Assembly: GCA_036555515.1 (NCBI GenBank)
Contig: DATBLC010000195.1
Span: forward strand, 1-24,000
Reading direction: 5' to 3'
Source: Candidatus Binatia bacterium
Lineage (GTDB): Bacteria; Desulfobacterota; Binatia; UBA9968
Length of the DNA: 24,000 nucleotides
How positions within the stretch are numbered: the first letter of the stretch is position 1; each line of letters begins with the position of its first letter. A program made the position numbers and the translations under genes. Positions 1-8,078 of this stretch are shown in pieces. The notes under the pieces are model-generated. The model was not told the origin of the DNA and ran no database searches. It was given only the letters and a program-made list of their open reading frames with translations.

Positions 1-669
1 TCCACCGAAACCGGCAATCCCTATGTCTTTTATACCCGCAAGGAACTGGGGCTCGACAATCTGGAGAAACTGCGGAGCAAGCCGGGGATACGGATCGGCG
101 CTCAATCGGTGGGACATTCAGTCTATGTGACCGCGCGCTTGTTCGCCTATCTGCTGGAATTCAAGGAGCCCAATTTCATCGTCGGCTTCACGGGCCCGGA
201 ATTGGATATTGCTATGGGCAACCGGGAGCTGGACGCGAGAACCACCAGCAGTTTGGAGGACCTCGTGCAAAAAGGGAGTAGGGACAACTTCCATTATCAC
301 GCGAATTTGGCGGTCCCCAAAGGCGCGCCGCATCCTGACGTGCCTGGGCTTCCCGACCTGGACAAATTTGCTAAGACCGAAAAAGAACGCAAGGTCCTCG
401 ATCTGTTTCGCGCTTTTCAGTATCCCCGCTGGCCGATTCACCTGCCTCCAGGGACTCCCAAGGAATTAGTACAGATTCTGCGCGACGCGATGGCGAAGAC
501 CTATAAAGATCCTGGTTTTCGGCGAGATTTTAAAAAGCTTATGGGCAGGGACCCTTCACCACTTAGCGGAGAAGATTTGCAAAAGGCGGTGCGAGAACTG
601 CCTCGGGACGCCGAGGTGATTGCGCTCTATAAGAAGTTTGCCGATGCCGGGCCGCTGCCGATGCGATAA
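1..669 (+). CDS. Bug/TctC family tripartite tricarboxylate transporter substrate-binding protein, C-terminal part (5' end outside window)
   Basis: Frame 1 is open from base 1 (STETGNPYVFYTRKELGLDNLEKLRSKPGIRIGAQSVGHSVYV...), so the track ORF at 109 is an internal Met. C-terminal region resembles TctC-like binding proteins (LRDAMAKTYKDPGFRRDFKKLMGRDPSPLSGEDL). Confidence 0.7.
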   Translation, partial: STETGNPYVFYTRKELGLDNLEKLRSKPGIRIGAQSVGHSVYVTARLFAYLLEFKEPNFIVGFTGPELDIAMGNRELDARTTSSLEDLVQKGSRDNFHYHANLAVPKGAPHPDVPGLPDLDKFAKTEKERKVLDLFRAFQYPRWPIHLPPGTPKELVQILRDAMAKTYKDPGFRRDFKKLMGRDPSPLSGEDLQKAVRELPRDAEVIALYKKFADAGPLPMR

Positions 670-745
670 TGGCACGATAAGAGTTCAATTCGTTCAAGTC
701 GTTCAAAGTGTCTCGAACGGCTTTTGCGGCCAGAAAGCTGAGGAA

Positions 746-862
746 TCAAAACGGCAAAAGCGCGGAGTCCATCGAATAAAGGTAACTCATGACGATGGTG
801 GTCGAGTAAAAGACGACGAAAAAAGTGATTGTGGCTAGGAAAAATCGAAGCAAAATTGCCAT
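746..862 (-). CDS. Possible 38-aa single-span membrane peptide (48 aa if started at the ATG at 892)
   Basis: Translated by hand: MAILLRFFLATITFFVVFYSTTIVMSYLYSMDSALLPF*. Strongly hydrophobic, starts with M/R, stop TGA at 748-746. It lies downstream of and co-directional with the OCD gene. No strong Shine-Dalgarno; not in the ORF track. Confidence 0.25.
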   Translation of the reverse strand: MAILLRFFLATITFFVVFYSTTIVMSYLYSMDSALLPF

Positions 863-987
863 AAATCCGCCCGTCTTCGCCTGGCAAGTCATATCGCAGC
901 TACGAAGAAAGTGCCACCCCTATGGAGGCGAAGGAGAATGCCTCAGCATTGCCGGCGATCTACTGATGGGAGCAAGACGGCTCGATT

Positions 988-2004
988 TCAATACGGCAGC
1001 CGAGTGCCGATGCCGTTCTCTAAAGCGCTGCGATAAATGTAATGCGCCATGGCGACGTCCTGGTTCACCAGGCCGATGGCGCGGATGAAGATCCGTTCGC
1101 GCTCGGATTGCCGGGCCGCTTTCTTGCCGGACAGCAAATCGGGAAGTTCGGCGTAGAGATCCGTTTCACTTAAAAAATTTTCACTGAGCATTCGCTGCAT
1201 GTCTGACTTGTGTTTGCAATGTTTCCAACTGTCGACGACGAATTTGTCGCTGTTTTTGTAAACGGAGCTTTCCATCTCCTGGTTTTTGCCGATGGAGTAA
1301 ACGGTAATTCCTTCACCGAGCCAGGATTCCTTGACAAAAGGGGTTGAGGTCGTCGTCGCTGAGATAACCACGTCGGCGCCCTTGAGCGCGTCCTCGGTGG
1401 ATTCCACCGCAAGGATATTCAATCCATATTCTTTGCCGACTTCCTTGGCATAATTTTGGCGCGATTCCGGCGTACGCGACGTGACCCGGATTTCTTTCAA
1501 CTCGAACGCCTTTGTCATCACCGGTACGGCGGCGCGCGCGGTGTCGCCTGCGCCGAGCATCGCCATCGTCTTTGAACCTTTGCGCGCGAGCAACCGCATC
1601 GCCACGGTCGCGGCGGCGGCGGTGCGCACCGCGTGGCACCAGTCTTCATCCATAATGCAGAGAATCTCGCCGCCGGCGCGATCGCTGAGCAGCAAAATTC
1701 GTCTCGGACCACGGGGTGGCCGCGAAACATCCCGGCTGCCGCCAGCGGCTTTGATCGAACGAATGCGAAAACCGGCTACCGGCTCGGTGGCCAGCGCGCA
1801 GCCGGTGACCCATGACTGCCAACCCTGTTCCGGCTTAATTGCCAGATCTTCGGGCGTGGACCAGATGACCCGCCCTTCGCTGTGGTCCCGCAGCGCGCCC
1901 TCGGTGATTTCGATGGCGCGGCCAAGGTCGAGGACTTTTTTGACATCCTGATTGGAAAGATAAAGTATTCCTTTGTGCGACATCGTCAAATTAGCCACCC
2001 TCAC
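988..2004 (-). CDS. Ornithine cyclodeaminase / mu-crystallin family protein
   Basis: 338 aa ORF with Rossmann motif MLGAGDTARAAVPVM and OCD-like C-terminal LSENFLSETDLYAELPDLLSGKKAAR. Start may be GTG 2004 or ATG 1983 (MSHKGILYLSNQDV). Confidence 0.85.
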   Translation of the reverse strand: MRVANLTMSHKGILYLSNQDVKKVLDLGRAIEITEGALRDHSEGRVIWSTPEDLAIKPEQGWQSWVTGCALATEPVAGFRIRSIKAAGGSRDVSRPPRGPRRILLLSDRAGGEILCIMDEDWCHAVRTAAAATVAMRLLARKGSKTMAMLGAGDTARAAVPVMTKAFELKEIRVTSRTPESRQNYAKEVGKEYGLNILAVESTEDALKGADVVISATTTSTPFVKESWLGEGITVYSIGKNQEMESSVYKNSDKFVVDSWKHCKHKSDMQRMLSENFLSETDLYAELPDLLSGKKAARQSERERIFIRAIGLVNQDVAMAHYIYRSALENGIGTRLPY

Positions 2005-2110
2005 CTCTGTCCTCTGCCGTCAAGCGAGAGGAAGTTCGAGACTAGGCCATAGTCGAGTCTGGCTAGCCATACAAGACAGCCATTTGATGAAGAAGAAGTC
2101 CAATTGAAGA

Positions 2111-3247
2111 TCAGTTGATCAACCGCAGATCCCGGCAGCCCGTGGTCAAAAATTGCGGGCCTGTCTCGGTGATGAGCACATCCTCCTCCAAATGTACCGC
2201 GCTCTTTTCTGACCGAACCTTGGGTTCCAGGGCGAGAACCATCCCTGGCCGATAGAGGTCTTTTTCAACTTCGTTCAGTGAGGGCGGCTCCGCGCGCGAC
2301 ATGCCGATGCCGTGGCCGATGCGTTTCGGGCTATCGACCGCTTGATAACCGCGTTTCACCAATTCACGGTTAGCGACGGGCGATACCTCGGCGATGGGCG
2401 TGTCTGGTTTCATGGATTCGAAACAAAGCTGAACTACGTCGCAGGCGGTCTCGTGATCTCTTTTGTGATCCGCCGTCGGCTCGCCAAAAATCGCCATTCG
2501 GGTGATGTCGCCGTAATATCCTTCGTAACAAGCGCCGAAATCGGCGATCATCCGATCGCCTTTTTCATAACGGCGGTCATCATAACGGGTTGACGAATTG
2601 AGCATAAGAAATCCGGGATGGCGCGGATGCGCGCCTTCTTCGATCATCGAGATATACAACCGGTCCGCGATTTCGCGCCGGGTCATGCCCGGCTTCAATT
2701 GCGGCAGGCAGCGGTCATAAGCCTTGACGGAAATCTCGCAAGCCCTGCGCATGAATTCGATTTCCCGCGGGCTTTTGATGATTCGCATCTCCGTCAGAGC
2801 GGCGCTGCCGTCTTTGATCTGGGCCTTGGGGAGAGCTTCGGTCAGGCCGGACAGATAATTCACGGGAAAACCCAGCCGCTGATCGTCGCCGAGCTCAAAA
2901 CCCAACTTGGCCTCGCCGAGACCCATTTCCTTGACACAATCGGCGATCATTTCGCGGGGAAACGGCACGTCCGTGTAGGCGTGCACTTCCCCAACCCAGG
3001 GCAGTGCCTTGGCTTTCGCTTTGTCATTGCCGTATACGAGGAGAAGCGGCTTGCCGCTCTTTGGTAGAATACAAATCTGCGGGCGCTGAATGTGGTCTAG
3101 CTGGTAGCTGATGAGCCCGCTGAAGTACCAGTAGTTGTTTTTTTCCGATACCACGAGGGCGTCAAGTCCATCCCGGTCCATGAGACCCTGGGCGCGTCGG
3201 TGGCGCTCGCAATATTCTGATTCAGTGAACGGCGCTTCGGTTGCCAT
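2111..3247 (-). CDS. M24 family metallopeptidase / Xaa-Pro aminopeptidase-like
   Basis: 378 aa. Pita-bread fold motifs DFGACYEGYYGDITRMAIFG, GHGIGMSRAEPPSL, GMVLALEPKV. Confidence 0.9.
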   Translation of the reverse strand: MATEAPFTESEYCERHRRAQGLMDRDGLDALVVSEKNNYWYFSGLISYQLDHIQRPQICILPKSGKPLLLVYGNDKAKAKALPWVGEVHAYTDVPFPREMIADCVKEMGLGEAKLGFELGDDQRLGFPVNYLSGLTEALPKAQIKDGSAALTEMRIIKSPREIEFMRRACEISVKAYDRCLPQLKPGMTRREIADRLYISMIEEGAHPRHPGFLMLNSSTRYDDRRYEKGDRMIADFGACYEGYYGDITRMAIFGEPTADHKRDHETACDVVQLCFESMKPDTPIAEVSPVANRELVKRGYQAVDSPKRIGHGIGMSRAEPPSLNEVEKDLYRPGMVLALEPKVRSEKSAVHLEEDVLITETGPQFLTTGCRDLRLIN

Positions 3248-3328
3248 GCTGATCTCCTCGTCTGGGCTGGCAAAAAGGGGACATGCTATTTTTTTCTCCT
3301 TCGAGAAAGAGTTGCCTGTCTCCCTAGC

Positions 3329-4036
3329 TTAGCTAACTTTCCGGCCTTCCACGCGCTTTAACTGGTTTACGTAAGCCAGTGCCTCTTGGAGCTGAATCAC
3401 CGACGCGTACTTCGCGTTCATCTCGAAGAGATTGACCAAATGCGAAGTGCGAGAACGGTCGAACACGCATTCTTCGACGAGGAAAACCGGGAAGCCAAAG
3501 GAATAACCGTCCAGCACTGTGCCACGAACGCAGCCACAAGTGCTGGTACCGGTGACGAGCAAGCAATCGATATTTTTGCGCACCAGGTAAGTGATCAAGT
3601 GGGTGCCGAAAAAAGCGCTGGCGCGGGCCTTGCGAACGATGAATTCATTGTCTCTCGGCCTGATCATCTCGGGAAATTCGACCGCGAGTTTCTCGAAGTC
3701 GGTTTTGTCCACACCGCGTTTGGTGGCGTTGCCGAAGGCGGCTTTGAAGTCGGGATCGCTGGTGGAGTAGATCACGGGAATCTCAGCATCACGACAGGCG
3801 TGGAGCAGCTGCTGTATCTTCGGCAGCGCGTCCCAGGCTACTTGGCCACAACTGGTGGGGAATTCGTCGATGGCATCCATCACCGGCATTGGCTTTGTCC
3901 CCGTGAAGCCGGTAATCACGTCGATAATCAAGAGCGCGGGGTTGACGCCAAATTTCTCCTTGCCCTTGTAACCGGCTTTTTCGTAAACCTTTCGTTCCTC
4001 TTCCGGGATAAACGCTTCCCAATCTCGCATAATCAC
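3329..4036 (-). CDS. Isochorismatase-family cysteine hydrolase
   Basis: 235 aa. ALLIIDVITGFTG (catalytic Asp), RKARASAFFGT (Lys), LLVTGTSTCGCVRGTVLD (catalytic Cys loop). Confidence 0.9.
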   Translation of the reverse strand: MIMRDWEAFIPEEERKVYEKAGYKGKEKFGVNPALLIIDVITGFTGTKPMPVMDAIDEFPTSCGQVAWDALPKIQQLLHACRDAEIPVIYSTSDPDFKAAFGNATKRGVDKTDFEKLAVEFPEMIRPRDNEFIVRKARASAFFGTHLITYLVRKNIDCLLVTGTSTCGCVRGTVLDGYSFGFPVFLVEECVFDRSRTSHLVNLFEMNAKYASVIQLQEALAYVNQLKRVEGRKVS

Positions 4037-4196
4037 ATCTCCTATCTATTTCGATTGTTAAGTGATTTTGCCTGTGGCTGAAACTGGCGTTTCTCTGAGC
4101 ATGATTTTCGTTCAAGCCGTTCAACCGCTTCGCTCCGTTAAAACCGTTGAAATGGCGGTGAATGGGGCACGCCTCACACCTTACCTGCTTTTTCGG

Positions 4197-5264
4197 TCAC
4201 GGCGAATACAACTTATCTCCCCGTTGCGTCATGAATAGCTCCAGCGGCAGCTCCCGACCGATGTCTTTTTCTTTGGCTTTCTCGTACATCTTTCGCGCCG
4301 TCGCTGCGAACTGGATACCCATGCCCGTGTTGTTTTTGAAAAAGGTGATCTCTTTGTCGTCCTTGCGGCCACGGCACTTACCCGTAAGTAGCTCGCCAAG
4401 TTCGTGCAGGTTTTCGGCTTTCACGATGCCGCGTTCGAGTCGGTCGTGGAACTCGGCCTGCTTGTCGAGAAATATTTGTTGTTTGGAGCCGACGACGATG
4501 AGATTGGACTTCATCACGGCATCATCGTCGAGCTCTTTTCTTGGCAGAAAACCGTCGCCGCCGACAATGCTGTTCAAATGCATGCCCGCGTCGACCCATT
4601 TGCCTTGAATGACCGGGTCGACCGTGTTGGTGGCGGCAGTGACGATGTCGCTGCCGCGGATCGCTTCTTCGGCGCTTGATACAGGGATGATTTCCACGCC
4701 GGTCTCGGCGCTCATTTCCGCGGCGAAGCGTTCGCGATTCTCCTTCGTCGGGCTGTAAACTTTGATTTTGCTTAACGGCCTTACGGCAAGGTGCGCTGTA
4801 ACTTGTGTCTTGGCCTGTTCGCCAGAGCCCAGCAGGGCCATGACCTTCGCGTCCTTGCGCGCCAGATATTTGCTCGCCACCGCGCTGGTGGCACCGACAC
4901 GCATGGCGGAGATGTAATGATCATCCATCATGGCCAGGATTTCGCAAGTGTCCATGTCGAAGAGCAACACAAGGCCGATAAAGTCGCCGGGGTAGACGCG
5001 CCGCTTGCTGCCGGCCACTTGAACTTCCTTCGAAAAACTCGAGTCGATGCGCAGCGCCATCGACTTCATTCCCGGGACGAGTCCCATGATATTATTGAAA
5101 TAGTATTGGCCGCCTTCCTCCTTCCATGATGTCCGCAGACGCGCCCGTGGCGCAATCATTGCCTTGCCTTCGCCGAGCTCGCGAAAAGCTTGCTCTATGG
5201 CATCGACCTCTTCCGCCATCGGCAAAAGATTCTTCATCTCCTCGTTCTTGAGAACCATCACCAT
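4197..5264 (-). CDS. Ornithine cyclodeaminase / mu-crystallin family protein (second copy)
   Basis: Track ORF runs to 5363, but ATG at 5264 (MVMVLKNEEMKNLLPMAEEVDAIEQAF) follows AGGGAG 9 nt upstream and begins the conserved domain. Motifs MRVGATSAVASKYLARKD, MALLGSGEQAKTQ, IVTAATNT. Confidence 0.85.
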   Translation of the reverse strand: MVMVLKNEEMKNLLPMAEEVDAIEQAFRELGEGKAMIAPRARLRTSWKEEGGQYYFNNIMGLVPGMKSMALRIDSSFSKEVQVAGSKRRVYPGDFIGLVLLFDMDTCEILAMMDDHYISAMRVGATSAVASKYLARKDAKVMALLGSGEQAKTQVTAHLAVRPLSKIKVYSPTKENRERFAAEMSAETGVEIIPVSSAEEAIRGSDIVTAATNTVDPVIQGKWVDAGMHLNSIVGGDGFLPRKELDDDAVMKSNLIVVGSKQQIFLDKQAEFHDRLERGIVKAENLHELGELLTGKCRGRKDDKEITFFKNNTGMGIQFAATARKMYEKAKEKDIGRELPLELFMTQRGDKLYSP

Positions 5265-5515
5265 AGAAGCTTTCTCCCTTCCGAATCTCCGTACAACGAA
5301 GTCCGGCGCAGAGTCAAGGAAGGGAACCAGAAGCCAGGCATTGTCGAAGCGCAAGACGGGCAAGAATCGGCAAGCGAGGAAAGAGCAATGGGTTAATCAT
5401 GGTGCCGGTCAATGGACTGTTGAGCGGAGTTGCCGCGTCGATGGAAAAGAAAAGGGCTGAAGAAAGTCTCTTCAGCCCTTTTCGTGTGAGTAGGGGCAGG
5501 TCGAAAGTCGAGGAG

Positions 5516-5788
5516 TCAGCCTTTCTTCGCCTTGTACCAGTCAGCGTCTATCTGAATAAAATGCTTCCATTTGTCCGGCACCGCTGCCTCTTCAAAAATC
5601 GCCTCCACGGGGCAGACCGGCTCGCAGGCGCCGCAGTCGATGCACTCTTCGGGATCTATATAGAGCTTTTTTTCCTTTTCAAACTCCTCGGCCTCGTTTT
5701 TCGTCGGATGAATGCAATCAACCGGGCATACGTCAACACAAGCGGTGTCTTTTACGTCTATGCACGGCTCAGCAATAATATAAGTCAT
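5516..5788 (-). CDS. fdxA: 7Fe-type ferredoxin ([3Fe-4S][4Fe-4S])
   Basis: [28 protein letters not shown]...[25 protein letters not shown] sits 6 nt before ATG 5788, so the track start at 5803 is probably too early. Confidence 0.88.
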   Translation of the reverse strand: MTYIIAEPCIDVKDTACVDVCPVDCIHPTKNEAEEFEKEKKLYIDPEECIDCGACEPVCPVEAIFEEAAVPDKWKHFIQIDADWYKAKKG

Positions 5789-5817
5789 CTCGCTCCTCCT
5801 CAAAATTGACTTTTAGT

Positions 5818-5846
5818 GTAGTAGCAAATCGACTTTGGCAAGTCAA
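5818..5846 (-). promoter_or_regulatory. Candidate sigma70-like promoter for the ferredoxin gene
   Basis: Minus strand reads TTGACT-N17-TACTAC (with TACACT just downstream), about 30 nt before ATG 5788. It overlaps a short inverted repeat GACTT-TGGC-AAGTC. Confidence 0.35.
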
Positions 5847-6017
5847 TTAATCAGGAGGGCACAAAAGGATCTTAATTGACCGCTCAAACGGGCAGTGTTA
5901 AATAAGTCCGCCTGGGGCATCCCCACCCGGCAATTGTTTCGGAATTTTACAGAAATTTACTGACAACCGCGGAGCGCGGCTGTCGCAAGCGCAACGCCAA
6001 GACGTTACTATCTGACG

Positions 6018-6548
6018 ATGCCCGTCGAATTGGTCCGGCGCGGCGCGGGGAAGAACTGTCCCGCGCGGGCCGTTAAAAACACTGCGCTCGAAGTTCTCCG
6101 CCTGCTCAACCAGGATAAGGCGGAGCTGAGTCTGGCGTTAGTCGGCGATAGAGAGATTCGGAAACTCAACGCTAAGTACCGCAAAAAAGATTACGCCACC
6201 GACGTGCTGTCGTTTTCCACGGCAAAGAATTTGCCGGAACCGACTCGGCTGCTTGGGGATGTCGTGATCTCGGTCGATAAGGCGCGCGCGCAGGCAAAGG
6301 AGCGCGGTTGGACGCTAAAAGAAGAACTGACCACGCTGTTGATCCACGGCGTCGTGCATCTGCTGGGTTACGATCACGAGCGTTCCGCCAGTGATGCGCG
6401 CGCTATGGGACGGTTGGAGAGAAAGACTTACCGGCAGCTTTGTGAGCGGGGCTTTTTAAGGGTATACTATAAACCTAGACGGAATCCGGGCGCCGGAACT
6501 ACGAAGTCGGAAGCAGGAAGGCAAAATTCACGAGCCGGAAGAAAGTAA
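6018..6548 (+). CDS. ybeY: Endoribonuclease YbeY
   Basis: 176 aa with ATDVLSFS and zinc motif LLIHGVVHLLGYDHE. Confidence 0.95.
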   Translation: MPVELVRRGAGKNCPARAVKNTALEVLRLLNQDKAELSLALVGDREIRKLNAKYRKKDYATDVLSFSTAKNLPEPTRLLGDVVISVDKARAQAKERGWTLKEELTTLLIHGVVHLLGYDHERSASDARAMGRLERKTYRQLCERGFLRVYYKPRRNPGAGTTKSEAGRQNSRAGRK

Positions 6549-6553
6549 ATTAG

Positions 6554-7658
6554 ATGTTGGACGAAACCCGCGAACAATTAACCCACCTAGAAGAGCGCGT
6601 CGAGCTTTTGCGGAGGCGGCTTTGACGTCGCAGGTAAGCAAAAGCGCGTCGAAGAGCTGAACCAGATCACGTCCAAGCCGGATTTCTGGAACGACAGCGA
6701 AAAAGCCCAGAGCATTCTTAGAGAGCAATCTTCCGTCAAAGGCGTTATCGACGCTTGGGAGAAACAACGCGCCGGCCTCGAAGAAGCGCGCTTCTTTCTC
6801 GAGATCGCCAAGGATGAAAAGAGCGAAGATGCGTTGAACGAGGCAGCGGCTAAAGTCGCCCAGGTGTCCCGCGAGATGGCGCAGACCGAGTTGGCACTGC
6901 TTCTAGGGGGGCCCGACGACCGGCGCAACGCCATCGTCACGCTGCACCCCGGCGCCGGCGGCACCGAAGCGCAGGACTGGGCTGAGATTCTTCTGCGCAT
7001 GTATTTGCGCTGGTGTGACCGACGCGGTTATCGAAAAGAGATTCTCGAATTCCAACCTGGCGAAGAAGCCGGCGTCAAGAGCGTGACTTTCACCGTCGAG
7101 GGCGACTACGCTTACGGCTATTTGAAAGCCGAAGCCGGCATCCATCGCCTCGTGCGCATCTCTCCCTTTGACGCCAATTCCAGGCGGCACACCTCTTTCG
7201 CCTCGGTGTTCGTCTATCCGGAAGTCGACGACGATATCAAAGTCGAGATTAACGAGGCCGATTTGCGCGTCGACACGTATCGGTCGAGCGGCGCCGGCGG
7301 GCAGCATGTCAATAAGACCGATTCCGCCGTGCGCTTGACCCATCTTCCCACCGGCATCGTCGTGGCCTGCCAAAACGAGCGCTCGCAGCATAAGAACCGC
7401 GCCATGGCGATGAAAATCTTGAAATCGCGTCTGTACGAGCTCGAGCTTGAAAAGCAAAAAGAAAAGATGGACGTTTTTCACAAGAGCAAAAAAGAGATTG
7501 CCTGGGGCAGCCAGATCCGTTCCTATGTGCTCCACCCCTACCGCTTAGTCAAGGATCACCGGACGAATATCGAGGTCGGCAACGCGGATGCCGTGCTCGA
7601 TGGTGATATTGATCAGTTTATCGAAGCTTATCTGATGGAGGCGGGCGAGCCGGCGTAA
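6554..7658 (+). CDS. prfB: Peptide chain release factor 2, expressed by +1 programmed ribosomal frameshift
   Basis: Zero frame ATG 6554 to TGA 6623-6625 (MLDETREQLTHLEERVELLRRRL*), then +1 frame from GAC 6624 (DVAGKQKRVEELNQITSKPDFWNDSEKAQ...), joining the track ORF at 6834. RF2 motifs HPGAGGTEAQDWAEIL, RSSGAGGQHVNKTDSAVRLTHLPTGIVV. Confidence 0.96.
6611..6626 (+). promoter_or_regulatory. RF2 recoding site (internal SD + slippery CTT TGA C)
   Basis: CGG AGG CGG CTT TGA C: GGAGG is 3 nt before CTT, the same spacing as the classical AGGGGG UAU CUU UGA C site. Confidence 0.93.
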
Positions 7659-7886
7659 CTCGTTTCCTGATCAAATCCATAAGTTTGCGACTTTGAATGG
7701 CAAGGGGTCGGGGAGAGGCTCACCCCTGACCATTTGACCCTTACGGCCCCCGCTGAGCCGGAACTTTTCTGCGACGTGCACCGTTGTAAAAGCATCTAAG
7801 ATGAATTAGGGCCATGGTGCGCTTCAGGGCAACGTCAAAGTCAGTTTCACTTTACTGAATTGAATTTCCACCTGGCGTTTGTCCAA

Positions 7887-7958
7887 AAATCTCCCCTTCC
7901 CCCCTTTCAAAGTCTTTCAAAGGGGGGACTAAAAAGCTCCCTTTGTAAGGGGAGATTT
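7887..7958. repeat. Nested intergenic palindrome (possible MITE/REP-like element)
   Basis: Outer perfect 12-nt inverted repeat AAATCTCCCCTT (7887-7898) / AAGGGGAGATTT (7947-7958). Inner perfect 10-nt arm pair TCCCCCCTTT (7898-7907) / AAAGGGGGGA (7919-7928). Direct repeat CTTTCAAAG at 7904 and 7914. Confidence 0.75.
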
Positions 7959-8078
7959 AGAGGGATTTTTAATCCGGTCAAAGCGACTTTGGCGCAACCC
8001 CTGGCGTGTGTCCGCTTTGGTCTTGCTTGCAGTTTGCGAAGGTGGTTTTCTGAAACGAAGACGTTAAAAGGAGGGTCC

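Noticed and set aside
6834-7658. prfB appearing as an N-terminally truncated gene or pseudogene
   Set aside because: The upstream sequence encodes the RF2 N-terminus split by a classical TGA frameshift site, so the gene is intact.
7860-8078. N-terminal 73 aa extension (MNFHLAFVQKSPLPPFQSLSKGG...) on the methyltransferase
   Set aside because: It is a read-through of the intergenic palindrome. A good AAAGGAGGG Shine-Dalgarno precedes ATG 8079 and the ArsM-like domain follows.
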